Source: a virus. Taken from it: a stretch of 64,000 nt of DNA. The notes beneath the pieces are model-generated. The model saw only the letters and a list, made by a program, of their open reading frames with translations. It was not told where the DNA came from and searched no databases. Location of the stretch: the IMG/VR virus record IMGVR_UViG_3300030419_004788, positions 58,977-122,976 of that record, one strand, 5' to 3'. This document shows, one piece after another, positions 20,451 through 30,800 of this stretch (the first letter of the stretch is position 1; each line of letters begins with the position of its first letter). A program made the position numbers and the translations under genes.

Positions 20451-21482
20451 TTAAACTTTATGAATTAATAAATTATTCATATATCTTATTTGCGATAACA
20501 TTGAACTAGATGCTGAACCAGTATCCACCACACATACAGGATTCATATTTTCTCTTATTGCGAAATCAGGATTATTTAAACTCCATGCTTCACCCGAACT
20601 AGGAGATGCAGGGATTTCAACATAATGAGCCGAATCTTCATTGTCTGAACCAAATATATCTCCATGAAAGTTGATAGTATATCTACTTGCACCACAAGAA
20701 GCAGAGTTAGGTATACCTGTTGCGTTATCTGCAAGGTCTTCATCTTGATTTGTTCCTGTTCCACATTCTGTGATGTCGGTAACAAGATTAAGACCTACGG
20801 CAATATATCTAGTATTTCCATCAGTAGGCACATCTTTTACGATTTGATTTTTTAGATAAATCCAGTGTTTTAATCCACTAATATTTGTTGGCATAGGAGT
20901 ATTATCATCATCTCCATTCCAGTGTCCTTTATTTTCTACTAACCACCATCCTGGATTAAATGCAAGTCTAACACTGCTAGAAGTATGTGAGATGTATTGT
21001 ACAGATTTACTATTACCCCCACCTTGATATGGTGAGTAATAAGGATGTAGTGGTGTTGCACCCCTCCATCCAGGACCAGATACAACAAGTTCTTGATTGT
21101 GTCCTCCATCTGGAATACCACCAATACCTATTCCTGTTTCAGTAGTTGAATTTGGCAACTCACCGTCCCAAGCACCACCTTCACCACCAAGAGAATTAGA
21201 TTTCCAAGGCATCCATAAATGTCCTGCACCAGAAGTAATCCAGTTGTGCATCATTGAAATAGTTAAAGACATCTGCAATTGAAAATTTTCTTGCATTTCA
21301 TTTAGTTCAGATGCTTGTAGGGAAAATCCAGGTCTAAATGCAACAAATTGATTATTACCATATTCATGAATAGCAGTAGCATCAAAGTCTACATTTTTAT
21401 CTTCGATTCTACTATAGTAGGGTTTTGGTGATAGGGGAAATGACGGGTCCCCTCCTTTGTATAATGGTTGTATATTTGTCAT
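20451..21482 (-). CDS. Short VrlC/DUF4815-like structural protein, 343 aa
   Basis: N-terminal PYYSR...FVAFRPGFSLQASELNEMQENFQLQ matches the PYFDDF...LFRPG..VQARELTQLQ motif; syntenic position after gp8. Confidence 0.6.
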   Translation of the reverse strand: MTNIQPLYKGGDPSFPLSPKPYYSRIEDKNVDFDATAIHEYGNNQFVAFRPGFSLQASELNEMQENFQLQMSLTISMMHNWITSGAGHLWMPWKSNSLGGEGGAWDGELPNSTTETGIGIGGIPDGGHNQELVVSGPGWRGATPLHPYYSPYQGGGNSKSVQYISHTSSSVRLAFNPGWWLVENKGHWNGDDDNTPMPTNISGLKHWIYLKNQIVKDVPTDGNTRYIAVGLNLVTDITECGTGTNQDEDLADNATGIPNSASCGASRYTINFHGDIFGSDNEDSAHYVEIPASPSSGEAWSLNNPDFAIRENMNPVCVVDTGSASSSMLSQIRYMNNLLIHKV

Positions 21483-21496
21483 TTTAAATTAATCTC

Positions 21497-23494
21497 CTAA
21501 GATGTTGTTACCTTACTAGGGTCTTGGCTACCCCACAAAATTTCAAAACTTATTACACTTTGTGTTGATGCTTGATTGTCACTTAAATCAATTGTTACTG
21601 GATTTCTAAATAGTGTTTTTGTTTTGGTAAAATCTATATCAGCATTTCCATTACTTTTTGGATGATAATAAACAGACTCCACATCCATTGACAATTTTGC
21701 GGCAATGTCATCAATGTTTGTAACTACACAAAGAGTTTTGCCTACTAAATCCTTTGCATAAGAAGTTTGAAGTGGAACTCTAACTGCTTTGTCGCTTATG
21801 TATTCTGCATCGTATGCAACAAGATTATTCAAAGTGGTGTTACTATATATTTTTTTATTCCCTGTTGTTACTAGTCGTTCACTGTTGTGCATTACATCTT
21901 TTGATTTTGGCAATGCTTCAAATCCACTCCCATCTGATTCAAAATTCCCCGATACTGGACCTACTGTAACCACAGGTACTAGAGATTTATAATTTGTAGC
22001 ATTTTTACCCAAACCACTATAAATTGACTGTCCTTCTTCATCTTTAAATTCTTGAATAGAATAAAAGTCAAATTCTTTAGGTCCAGGGCTATTTGTTGAA
22101 ATCCCCTCAAAAGTATCTGAAATATTTTTTGTATTTACCACTACATGTATTACTGTAGAAAGTTCCAAAATTTCATCAAGATGCATCGCTATGCCACCAA
22201 TAGGTGTTAAGTTAATTTTAACTCTATCATTAACATCTCCAGACCAATTTGGAAATATCTGACCCCATACATTTGTATCAACTACTGCTGATGTATATCC
22301 AGAACCTCTTTCGTGTTCTTTTGGTTTTCCAAAACCATCGATTATATGTCTTCCCCTTGCAGAATCATATACTGTAGAGATTGGAATAAATGCTTCTTTT
22401 TTAGTACTACCTGCTCTTATAGGAAGATATAATGTTCCATTTTTTATATTAGTATCATAAGTTTCGGTAGTAATCATCTTTTCTTCAATTGTCAAATTAC
22501 TCAAATCAATATTTGCAGACAATACAGAACCAGAAAGATTTTCTTTATGGTGATTAATTATTGTTGCATTTCTTCCTAATGCAGTATTTGATGTTATATT
22601 ATTGTCATTAATAACATTTATGTAGGAACTATTCTCATTCCAATCGATTGTACACCCGCAAGGACCACAGTCATCTGCTTTATTATCCTCAGAGTCACAT
22701 CCTTTACATGCAGGTCCAGTTGCACCTGTTCCACCAGTTGTTCCAGTTCCACCAAGAAACTTATGAAACACATATTTCATATTCAATGCTTCTGCCATCT
22801 CTACACATCTATAGCATTTAGAACATAGACATTTGTAGAACTCACCAGCGGCATATGTAATACCGGCGATGGAGTCATATCCAGACTCACTATAATATAA
22901 ACAGCAATTTCCTGTTTTTAGTTCATTGCCTGCACCACATATATTCATTGCTCTAGTTGACTCCGAAGTCGTTGAATTAACTTTTTCAAGCAAATCATCA
23001 AACAGTGCAACTTCCTGATATCTACTACTCATTTGGTCAAAAGAATCTGGCACAGCATTAATTGCCATGTATGATATTCCGTCTACAGTTTCTATCCCAC
23101 CATCAATTCTTGAAGGTTTATTTCTTGTAAGGATAGAACCCATCTTGTCTATTCTGTTTTGAATACCAGACATACCAACAACCATAAACAAAATTCCATC
23201 ACTAACAAATAGATGTTGTCCCTTAGAAGTTCCGTCAGAGTAATAGCAATGTGGCGCTAAACCAGTTGTCCAATACTTTGTTTCTGTCGCTCCAAATTGA
23301 ACAACTGTTTTTATATCGTTACTAGTAATTCTTTGTGCAAACATACTATTATCGTTAGTATCATTATTGCCCTCTGGGGAGTTGTTTATAATACTAGAAT
23401 CAGACCTACCAAGACAAAACGATAAATTTCGTTCTTTGAGTCCAGCACTCATGAGTATTGCTTGGTCGTTTCTTTTTCCTACTGATTGCGCCAT
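21497..23494 (-). CDS. gp8: Baseplate wedge subunit, T4 gp8-like (extended, with a Cys-rich insert)
   Basis: SFCLGRS...MFAQRITSNDI...WTTG motif; order gp25-gp6-gp7-gp8. Confidence 0.6.
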   Translation of the reverse strand: MAQSVGKRNDQAILMSAGLKERNLSFCLGRSDSSIINNSPEGNNDTNDNSMFAQRITSNDIKTVVQFGATETKYWTTGLAPHCYYSDGTSKGQHLFVSDGILFMVVGMSGIQNRIDKMGSILTRNKPSRIDGGIETVDGISYMAINAVPDSFDQMSSRYQEVALFDDLLEKVNSTTSESTRAMNICGAGNELKTGNCCLYYSESGYDSIAGITYAAGEFYKCLCSKCYRCVEMAEALNMKYVFHKFLGGTGTTGGTGATGPACKGCDSEDNKADDCGPCGCTIDWNENSSYINVINDNNITSNTALGRNATIINHHKENLSGSVLSANIDLSNLTIEEKMITTETYDTNIKNGTLYLPIRAGSTKKEAFIPISTVYDSARGRHIIDGFGKPKEHERGSGYTSAVVDTNVWGQIFPNWSGDVNDRVKINLTPIGGIAMHLDEILELSTVIHVVVNTKNISDTFEGISTNSPGPKEFDFYSIQEFKDEEGQSIYSGLGKNATNYKSLVPVVTVGPVSGNFESDGSGFEALPKSKDVMHNSERLVTTGNKKIYSNTTLNNLVAYDAEYISDKAVRVPLQTSYAKDLVGKTLCVVTNIDDIAAKLSMDVESVYYHPKSNGNADIDFTKTKTLFRNPVTIDLSDNQASTQSVISFEILWGSQDPSKVTTS

Positions 23495-23507
23495 ATAATT
23501 ATCCTAT

Positions 23508-24749
23508 TTATGTCCAACATTGTCCAGTACCTAAAGTACATCCCGTTATCCCTATATTTGGACTGCTTGTAGAGGGATAAAGATATATAAAGTCACGAAT
23601 ATATATGCCTCCAAAAGTTAGTCCGGCATCAATATCAGAATCCCAAGTAGGCCATTGGTGTGATGGTAAATTATATTCAGCAGATATGCCTCCGCCACCT
23701 ACTGCACCCCAACCTTGCCCCATTGTCCAACCACCAGATGGACCACCGAATGCACCTAAAGTTGCACCAATATATGCGGTAGGACCGTCATAACCAAACG
23801 CACTGCCACAACAGCCAATACATGCAGAATATCCTGTAGTTCCTAACGCAGAACCAATTCCTCCTGTATTACTTAAACGATATGCAAAATAATTTCCTAA
23901 TACTGTCTGTTCACCCTGAAATATATTACCTTCATAATCATCTGGGGGAACATAATCATTAATGGTTTGTTCAAAAAATCCTTTAGTACCAGCAGGATGT
24001 AACATTTTATTTAAATCATTATAATAAATTGGCAATCCAGTTGTTTCATCAACAACATCAACTCCTGCTTTCACAACATAAGAGAAATCTTGATAGAAAT
24101 CACTGTCTTGTATTTTATAATTCCCATTTAGGAAACTACCACCAAGATGATTAAGACTTTCATAATAACCAGTAGAACCATCCGCACCCCATCCTTGGTC
24201 ATCAAATTTACCACCGTTTAAACGAAATACGGTTTGCTTAGGATACTGTATGGATACATCAGTTCCTTTAGAACCAAAAAGACTTTGAAAGAAATATCGA
24301 TATGCTTGTTCATTACTTTTCTGTTGATATAGATTTTGGCGAATTCCCTTTATGAACTCTCTTATATTTTCATCTGAAACTCCAGAAGTTGCACCAATAG
24401 ATTCTGTTGAAAGACCAGTTGCATAAGAATAAGCAAATTGTTTTAAAAATTTTGTGGGGGTTTCGTCCACATCTGATAATTTTCCAAACCCATTGTAATG
24501 ATATGATGTTTTATTTAATTCATATCCACTCTTGATGTATAACCAATTATAATATTCTTGTACAAAATTAACCAAAAAATTAGTAGGATTGCTTGATGAC
24601 GACCTTTCCACTATCCAATATGGGAATAGGTCTGTAATATCCACCATTCTCTCATATTCTACATCTATTGACTGAAGTTCAGGTCCAAACGAAAGAGTTT
24701 GGTATCTAGTATTAGCATCAGAATTTTTTAGAATAGAGCCATAAAACAT
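23508..24749 (-). CDS. gp7: Baseplate wedge initiator, T4 gp7-like (short form)
   Basis: FVQEYYNWL, DVDET, LYQQKSNEQAYRYFFQSLFG, YPKQTVFRLNGGK, IQDSDFYQDFSYVVK, LHPAG motifs. Confidence 0.7.
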   Translation of the reverse strand: MFYGSILKNSDANTRYQTLSFGPELQSIDVEYERMVDITDLFPYWIVERSSSSNPTNFLVNFVQEYYNWLYIKSGYELNKTSYHYNGFGKLSDVDETPTKFLKQFAYSYATGLSTESIGATSGVSDENIREFIKGIRQNLYQQKSNEQAYRYFFQSLFGSKGTDVSIQYPKQTVFRLNGGKFDDQGWGADGSTGYYESLNHLGGSFLNGNYKIQDSDFYQDFSYVVKAGVDVVDETTGLPIYYNDLNKMLHPAGTKGFFEQTINDYVPPDDYEGNIFQGEQTVLGNYFAYRLSNTGGIGSALGTTGYSACIGCCGSAFGYDGPTAYIGATLGAFGGPSGGWTMGQGWGAVGGGGISAEYNLPSHQWPTWDSDIDAGLTFGGIYIRDFIYLYPSTSSPNIGITGCTLGTGQCWT

Positions 24750-24753
24750 AGTA

Positions 24754-26589
24754 TTAATTTCTTGCTACTAACGCAAAGTCCTCAAAAATTAAATTAGAAA
24801 AATACATATTTTCTTTTATTTCAAATTTATCAGAACCAATACCACCAGGCTTAACTTCCAAATCAATACTGTTGTCAGAGAAAATGTTTACCGTCACATT
24901 AACTTCTCCTGTTAGTGGTTTCCAATTTCCAACTGAATAAATGGTATCTCCAACGGAATTAACAACATATAACTTTTGAAATCCTTTTGAATCAAGATTA
25001 CCTTCTGAATATAGTTTTATTAACTCTCCGTCATCCAATCCCATTTCACCTTTGATATAAGAACTTGGTGTGAAAAATTCAGTTACCAGAGAACTTTCTT
25101 CGCATATATTTCTAAAGTGTTGTGTATCTATACCACCGTTAGTAACTGGACATGGTTTTCTTAATTTTAAAGAAAGTTCGTCAGAAGAAACACCAAAAGA
25201 AGAATCTATAGAATTTATAGTGGTTGATATCCAAGAAGTGTCAAATTTTTCTAATTCAAATCTGGATGAATATGTTTCTAAAAGTTTTTGTCTTACATAT
25301 CCCATTAATGTTTCTTGAGAATATTCTGTTTCTCCAGGATTGTATGTGCATTCACCAGAAACAACACCATTGACTGTTTCCAGATTCATAAATTCTGGAA
25401 TAATAGTGACACAAGTTTTCTCTTTTAAAATATTCATTGCAGTTGTAGATGCATATGGGTCTGTTGTAGTATCTAAAGAAACAAAAAGTCTTCCGTATCT
25501 TGGAGGTGTCATTGTTTCCCCACCCCACACATTAAATACAGAATAAGGGTCTTCAGAACCTGTTACAAATCCTGCTTCTGCAAGAATACCTCTACAGTCG
25601 TCCAAAGTAACTGCTCTATTTTGTGAAGCAAACCACTTTGGAGCAAAAAATCTAATTGCTTCTAAATCTGGTTTGTCCATACCACCGTTAGAAAGACCAT
25701 TACTAGGAGTAGAACTAGTGAGGGATACACTAGATGTACTTGCACCGTCAGGGGGATATGTTATATCTCTAATAGTAAAATTACCACAAGCATTTCCAAC
25801 AGAACCACTACTCTTTAAATATGAAACTCTTACTTGTTGATTTGGGGTAAGTTCTTTTCCTATTTTTTCGTAGGAAGAATCAAACCCACCACCAAACACT
25901 ACAAAGAATCCAAGTTCACTTCTTTCTAACCAATATACTTTACTTGTCTGATTTAATCCTGATTGTGTGTTAGTTGCTTGTGACCATTGTTCCCATCCCA
26001 CATCACTTCCATCAGTATTTTGTTCTGTGCTATACACTTCGATTCTAACTGTCGATATGTCTATATCTAAACCAAAAAGAAATGATTTATTTGTTACACT
26101 ATCTACAACTATTGGAGATTCTTTTACCAGAGCCTTTCCTTCTACAACAGTAAATGTATTTTCACCTTGACTGTCTAAAACCCCATCTTCAAGTGTATAG
26201 AAATTATATGCTATACCATTCGGAGAATTTCCAGTAAATCTTGTATATCTAGGAATAAGATATCCAGAACCATTGGCGCCATCACTAGACGAAACGGTTG
26301 CTAATCCTTTGGCAGAGGTTTTTCCTGGAACAACATAACCCAAAGGTTTTACAAGTGAAACTATAGATTGTTCTTTTTGTGCGGTGTCTAAAAACATTTC
26401 ATTAGCAGTCATGTTTGCATAATATCCATAATATAAAGTATTATATGCAAGCATATCTAAAAGAACTTGTGCAGCCGAACCATTATAATCATAATCTTTA
26501 ATATCGTTTTGTGTTTTAAGGTGTTCTATGATACTGGATTTAATAGATTCAAAATCAAGATTACCAAGTTGAATGTTTACATTACTCAT
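24754..26589 (-). CDS. gp6: Baseplate wedge subunit gp6
   Basis: LDFESIKSSI...DYDYNGSAAQVLLDMLAYNT...ANEMFLDTA; IRFFAPKWFASQNRAVTLDD. Confidence 0.9.
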   Translation of the reverse strand: MSNVNIQLGNLDFESIKSSIIEHLKTQNDIKDYDYNGSAAQVLLDMLAYNTLYYGYYANMTANEMFLDTAQKEQSIVSLVKPLGYVVPGKTSAKGLATVSSSDGANGSGYLIPRYTRFTGNSPNGIAYNFYTLEDGVLDSQGENTFTVVEGKALVKESPIVVDSVTNKSFLFGLDIDISTVRIEVYSTEQNTDGSDVGWEQWSQATNTQSGLNQTSKVYWLERSELGFFVVFGGGFDSSYEKIGKELTPNQQVRVSYLKSSGSVGNACGNFTIRDITYPPDGASTSSVSLTSSTPSNGLSNGGMDKPDLEAIRFFAPKWFASQNRAVTLDDCRGILAEAGFVTGSEDPYSVFNVWGGETMTPPRYGRLFVSLDTTTDPYASTTAMNILKEKTCVTIIPEFMNLETVNGVVSGECTYNPGETEYSQETLMGYVRQKLLETYSSRFELEKFDTSWISTTINSIDSSFGVSSDELSLKLRKPCPVTNGGIDTQHFRNICEESSLVTEFFTPSSYIKGEMGLDDGELIKLYSEGNLDSKGFQKLYVVNSVGDTIYSVGNWKPLTGEVNVTVNIFSDNSIDLEVKPGGIGSDKFEIKENMYFSNLIFEDFALVARN

Positions 26590-26590
26590 T

Positions 26591-27013
26591 TTATCTTACC
26601 TTCTGTACTGTTACTTCTAAAGTGTCTGTTAATTGTGTCCTTCTTCCTTTAAGAATACTATAATTGATTTTTATATTAAACTGATTTGCAGTTCCAGAAC
26701 TTCCTTCCTTTGCAACACTAGAATCTTCTTCTATAACAACAGAATCGATTCTTGCTCTGGGTTCTAATCTAGAAATTGCTCCAACTATATCTCTTTGTAA
26801 TTTTTTCTCTGTCAATGGAGTCCACAATTCAAACAAACGACTACGAAGACCTACACCAAAATCATCATTAAATCTTTTTTCTCCAGGAACGGTCAAAACT
26901 ATATTCATAATAGATTGACGAATAGCATCCCTATCTCTAACTATAGAGATATCATCGTTAAATGGATTTTTGTTTAAATCTATATCAAAATCTGTAAATT
27001 GAAAAGTTGACAT
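26591..27013 (-). CDS. gp25: Baseplate wedge subunit gp25
   Basis: DFDIDL...DAIRQSIMNIVLTVPGEKRFN..FG...LFE...EPR. Start re-set to MSTFQF at 27013 (AAGGA RBS; TATACATA at 27033-27040). Confidence 0.9.
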   Translation of the reverse strand: MSTFQFTDFDIDLNKNPFNDDISIVRDRDAIRQSIMNIVLTVPGEKRFNDDFGVGLRSRLFELWTPLTEKKLQRDIVGAISRLEPRARIDSVVIEEDSSVAKEGSSGTANQFNIKINYSILKGRRTQLTDTLEVTVQKVR

Positions 27014-27045
27014 TAAATGTTCCTTTTTGATATATGTATAATATC

Positions 27046-27861
27046 TTAACCAGATATCCAATTCCAAATTTCACCAAAGAGTCCCAAATATTCACTTGTT
27101 TCTGGGTCGATTGGACTGCTATCCCTCACTAAAGTTATTAACATCTTATGTTGTCCTCCCCTTATAATATTATGATGAATTTCAGCAACTAACCATCTAC
27201 CACCCATTCTTCTTTCTTTATCCGAACCAACATTTTTATTTGTTATATTGATTAATTCGCCAGGTCTTAAAGTCAAATCGCCATTTAACATAATTACTGC
27301 TTGTTGTGACTTGATTAACATCATTTGTGCATCTCTCCAAAGAGGAGTGTATGTTGGAGTATCCCAATATGTTGCACTTGTTCTTGAATATTCAATATAT
27401 TTTTTAAAGTCTTCACCTACACATGGACAATTACAACTGCTAGGGTGGTTTTGGTCTTTCCATAAACATCCCATCCAAGATTCTCCAAGTAAAGGATTGT
27501 TTTCAATCAAATCACATTCTTTTATAGATTTTATAGATTCTATTATTTGTTCTTTTGTTGGTTCTTCATATGCACCACCCCCCAATAAAGAATTCAATAT
27601 ACCTTCTACAATACCAGTAGCAACACCAAAAGACCACCAAGGCAGGTCTATCAAATCATTTTCTTTGTATGGATTTAATTCTTGACATGGACAATTGCAA
27701 AGAGGATTATCATCAGAACAATCTGAATTATCCACAGGACCTTCTGGATTAGCACAGGGATAAGTATCATCAAATGCACCAACAGAATGTCCCAACTTGA
27801 CACTAGGCCATTCGGTATTAGCAAAGTGAGTGAGTTTTACTAGAAAGTCATGTTTTGCCAT
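27046..27861 (-). CDS. Protein carrying the C-terminal part of a gp27-like baseplate hub, 271 aa
   Basis: C-terminus I.LNGDLTLRPGELINI...GGRWLVAEIHH...MLITLVRDS is the typical hub C-terminal motif; own AGGAG RBS and TATAAATA at 27877-27884. Confidence 0.65.
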   Translation of the reverse strand: MAKHDFLVKLTHFANTEWPSVKLGHSVGAFDDTYPCANPEGPVDNSDCSDDNPLCNCPCQELNPYKENDLIDLPWWSFGVATGIVEGILNSLLGGGAYEEPTKEQIIESIKSIKECDLIENNPLLGESWMGCLWKDQNHPSSCNCPCVGEDFKKYIEYSRTSATYWDTPTYTPLWRDAQMMLIKSQQAVIMLNGDLTLRPGELINITNKNVGSDKERRMGGRWLVAEIHHNIIRGGQHKMLITLVRDSSPIDPETSEYLGLFGEIWNWISG

Positions 27862-27888
27862 ATATTTCTCCTAATCTATTTATACGAT

Positions 27889-30800
27889 TTATAGACATAC
27901 TATACCATTTCTTGTGTTTAAACAATTACATTCACACCCTGCATCGATGCATTCTTGTCGGCAATCTCTTTCTCCGTTAGAAGGCTCATCATAGTCATCG
28001 TCATCCGTTAGCCCGACTAGCGGGCTCCATCCACAACCGTTCTTCTGCTCCCAGTAGAAGTCACCACATTGACCCCAAGTGGAGTCATCGGGATTATACC
28101 AAGACCAATCACCATCAGAACCAGCACATTCGTTCAAACATACCTCCCCACTGAATTCCTGAACAAAGCAATCCCCGCAATAAACCCCACAACAATTTAT
28201 CATACAAGGAACTTGCGCGCATGAAACACAAGGACCTCTCCACGCAGGCCACCACATCCAACCATCATCAATGTCTGATTGATTCTGACATTCTGCCTGC
28301 GTGAGATAGTCTGTACAGCGTATATAGTCGTCATTCGATTGCTGCCAACAACAAGCACCCCTCCAAGTGCAAAAATCACTACAACTTGTACCCGAACCTT
28401 GGAAATCACCACCTAAAAGTTGACATTGAAGTAGACCAATTTCCATACAATGCCCACAGTTATCGAGGCAACATGCACCAATATCTACATCACAGTCAAA
28501 ATTACAATATTCACAACACGATTGGTTGTCAGGTATATAAGGCAACCAGTATCCATCATCAACTGCATCGCAATAAGGTTCTACACACCAGAAGTCACCA
28601 ATACATTCACACCCTCTGCATGGGTTTGGAATTCCCTGAATTTCACACGCCGTCATACTTGTTGCATCCTGATTGCAACATGTTCCTTTTGGATAAACAC
28701 ATTGATATTGTGCAAATCCTCCAGTATCACAAACAGAACCTACACCCAGAAAAACACCCGAATAATTTTTTATACAATCATCTTCAGTATATCCATCACC
28801 ACAATTACCAAAACAAGGACCAGGACTACAAAATTCATCAACATCAATACAACAAGCACCAGTTTGGTCTGGGTCACATATACTATTATTTGTATCGTAG
28901 CAAGTAGGGTCTGGGTAATCATCTGCTAAACAATCATACTCATTCCAAGAAATTCCAAGCAAGTCATCAAGACATTCATTTTCAAATGAGCAGTCTTTAC
29001 AGCAATAGTCATCCTTGCAATCATCATGACAACAATATCCAGGATTACAATTTGTATCTTCACACAATCGTCCTTGATTATAATATACTGTCTTTGTTCC
29101 ATTTTCGTCTTTGTCTTCACAGTCATCTTGACTTACAACATCTTCACACTGTCCTACACAAGTAATTGGTTTGCCAACTTTATCAAAACATTCAGAAATA
29201 CAACATGAGCCAAAGTCTAGACAATTTATTGATTCATCGACATTACAGTCTTCCCCACAAGCACAATCTTCACAAGAATGCCATACTACAGTTCCCTCGC
29301 ATTGTCCTTGCCCTGCGATATAAACTTCACATAACCAATTACTCATCATATCACAACTACTTAGACATTGACTTTGATTACCATCTATACAACAACAAGA
29401 ACCACAACAATCAACTTCATCACAAGATATTCCTTCATGGAAAGTATTGGTTGCTATTCCATCCTGTGGTCCTACACCCTTTAACATACATTCTTCATAT
29501 GAATTTGCATAGACACAACAACACCCAAACTCTCCAGTATTATCACATTCAGGACTTGCCCCAGCGTCCAAACCAATACAACATGCACCACCTTCACATT
29601 CACTTGTGTCGCATGGATTATTTTCACATTTATATCCTTCTTGCCAATCACCCTCATACTTATCACACCCTTGTTGTGTTATTGTGTCTATGCATTGTTG
29701 GCAAGTTTCTCCATAAGGAAAACAACATGCCCAACCTTCACTCGGTTCTTCGCATTCAGCATCTTGACAAGAAACTCCATCTCCCTGATAATAACCACCA
29801 CTACCCTCACATGCAAGTAGTGTAAGTTCTAGACAATTCCCCTCATCGTAACAACATGCACCTACTTCAAATTCACAAATACTACCATCACCGCATACTG
29901 TATCTGGACCTCGCCAAGACCCAGTTGAACTAACACAATCTGATTCAGTTAGTTCGTCAAAACATTCATCACTTTCTTCAAAACAACATGCACCAACTGG
30001 GTCACATATATTTTCATTATCCTCGCAAATAACATCTTCGTGAAAGTTTGCTTCTCCAGAATTTTTTACACATAAATGCTTTCTCACATTATTATTACAC
30101 CCATCATTAGGCCAATTACAACACACACCTGTAATATAACAAGCATCACAATTGCCTCCATCGGATTCATCCGCAGAGAGTGTCCACATATTTTCAACAT
30201 CCGATGGTTCATATCCATTCTCTTGTGCAATTCTACAACATTCATATTTGTATACTAAATTACCACCATCGAATCCTTTCCCTTCACTCAAACAACAATT
30301 AGGGTCTGTAAGACTATTTGCAGAACATCCCTCTGCTAAAGAACAACATAATTTTTTATCTTGTTCATCACAAGTAATATCTGCACATGTTAAATCACAA
30401 GAACCAATACCACTTGGATGAACTTCTTCTGGACCCCACCAAATTCCAGGCAATCTATTTCCGTTGTCATCTTCATACCCAAAACATTCCCAGACAGTAA
30501 CATCGTCTAGACACTCACCGTTTGGTAAACAACATGGTGCAGTTGGAAGACATGGATTTTCAGAAGTATAATTATCTGGGGCTTTGTTATCCCAATAACT
30601 ATCACTCTCTGTGCATGAATAATTTGGCATCTCACCATCAAGAAAATCATCACACATAAATCTCCAGAAATCACTATTGCAGGCTCTTAGTTTTAATGTT
30701 TCTGCATCGAGTTGAATTTCTGGATGTAAAGTTTCTTGCTCCCACCACCACATTGGAATCTGTGAATTGGTAGCACCCCAAACATTGGAATCATATACAA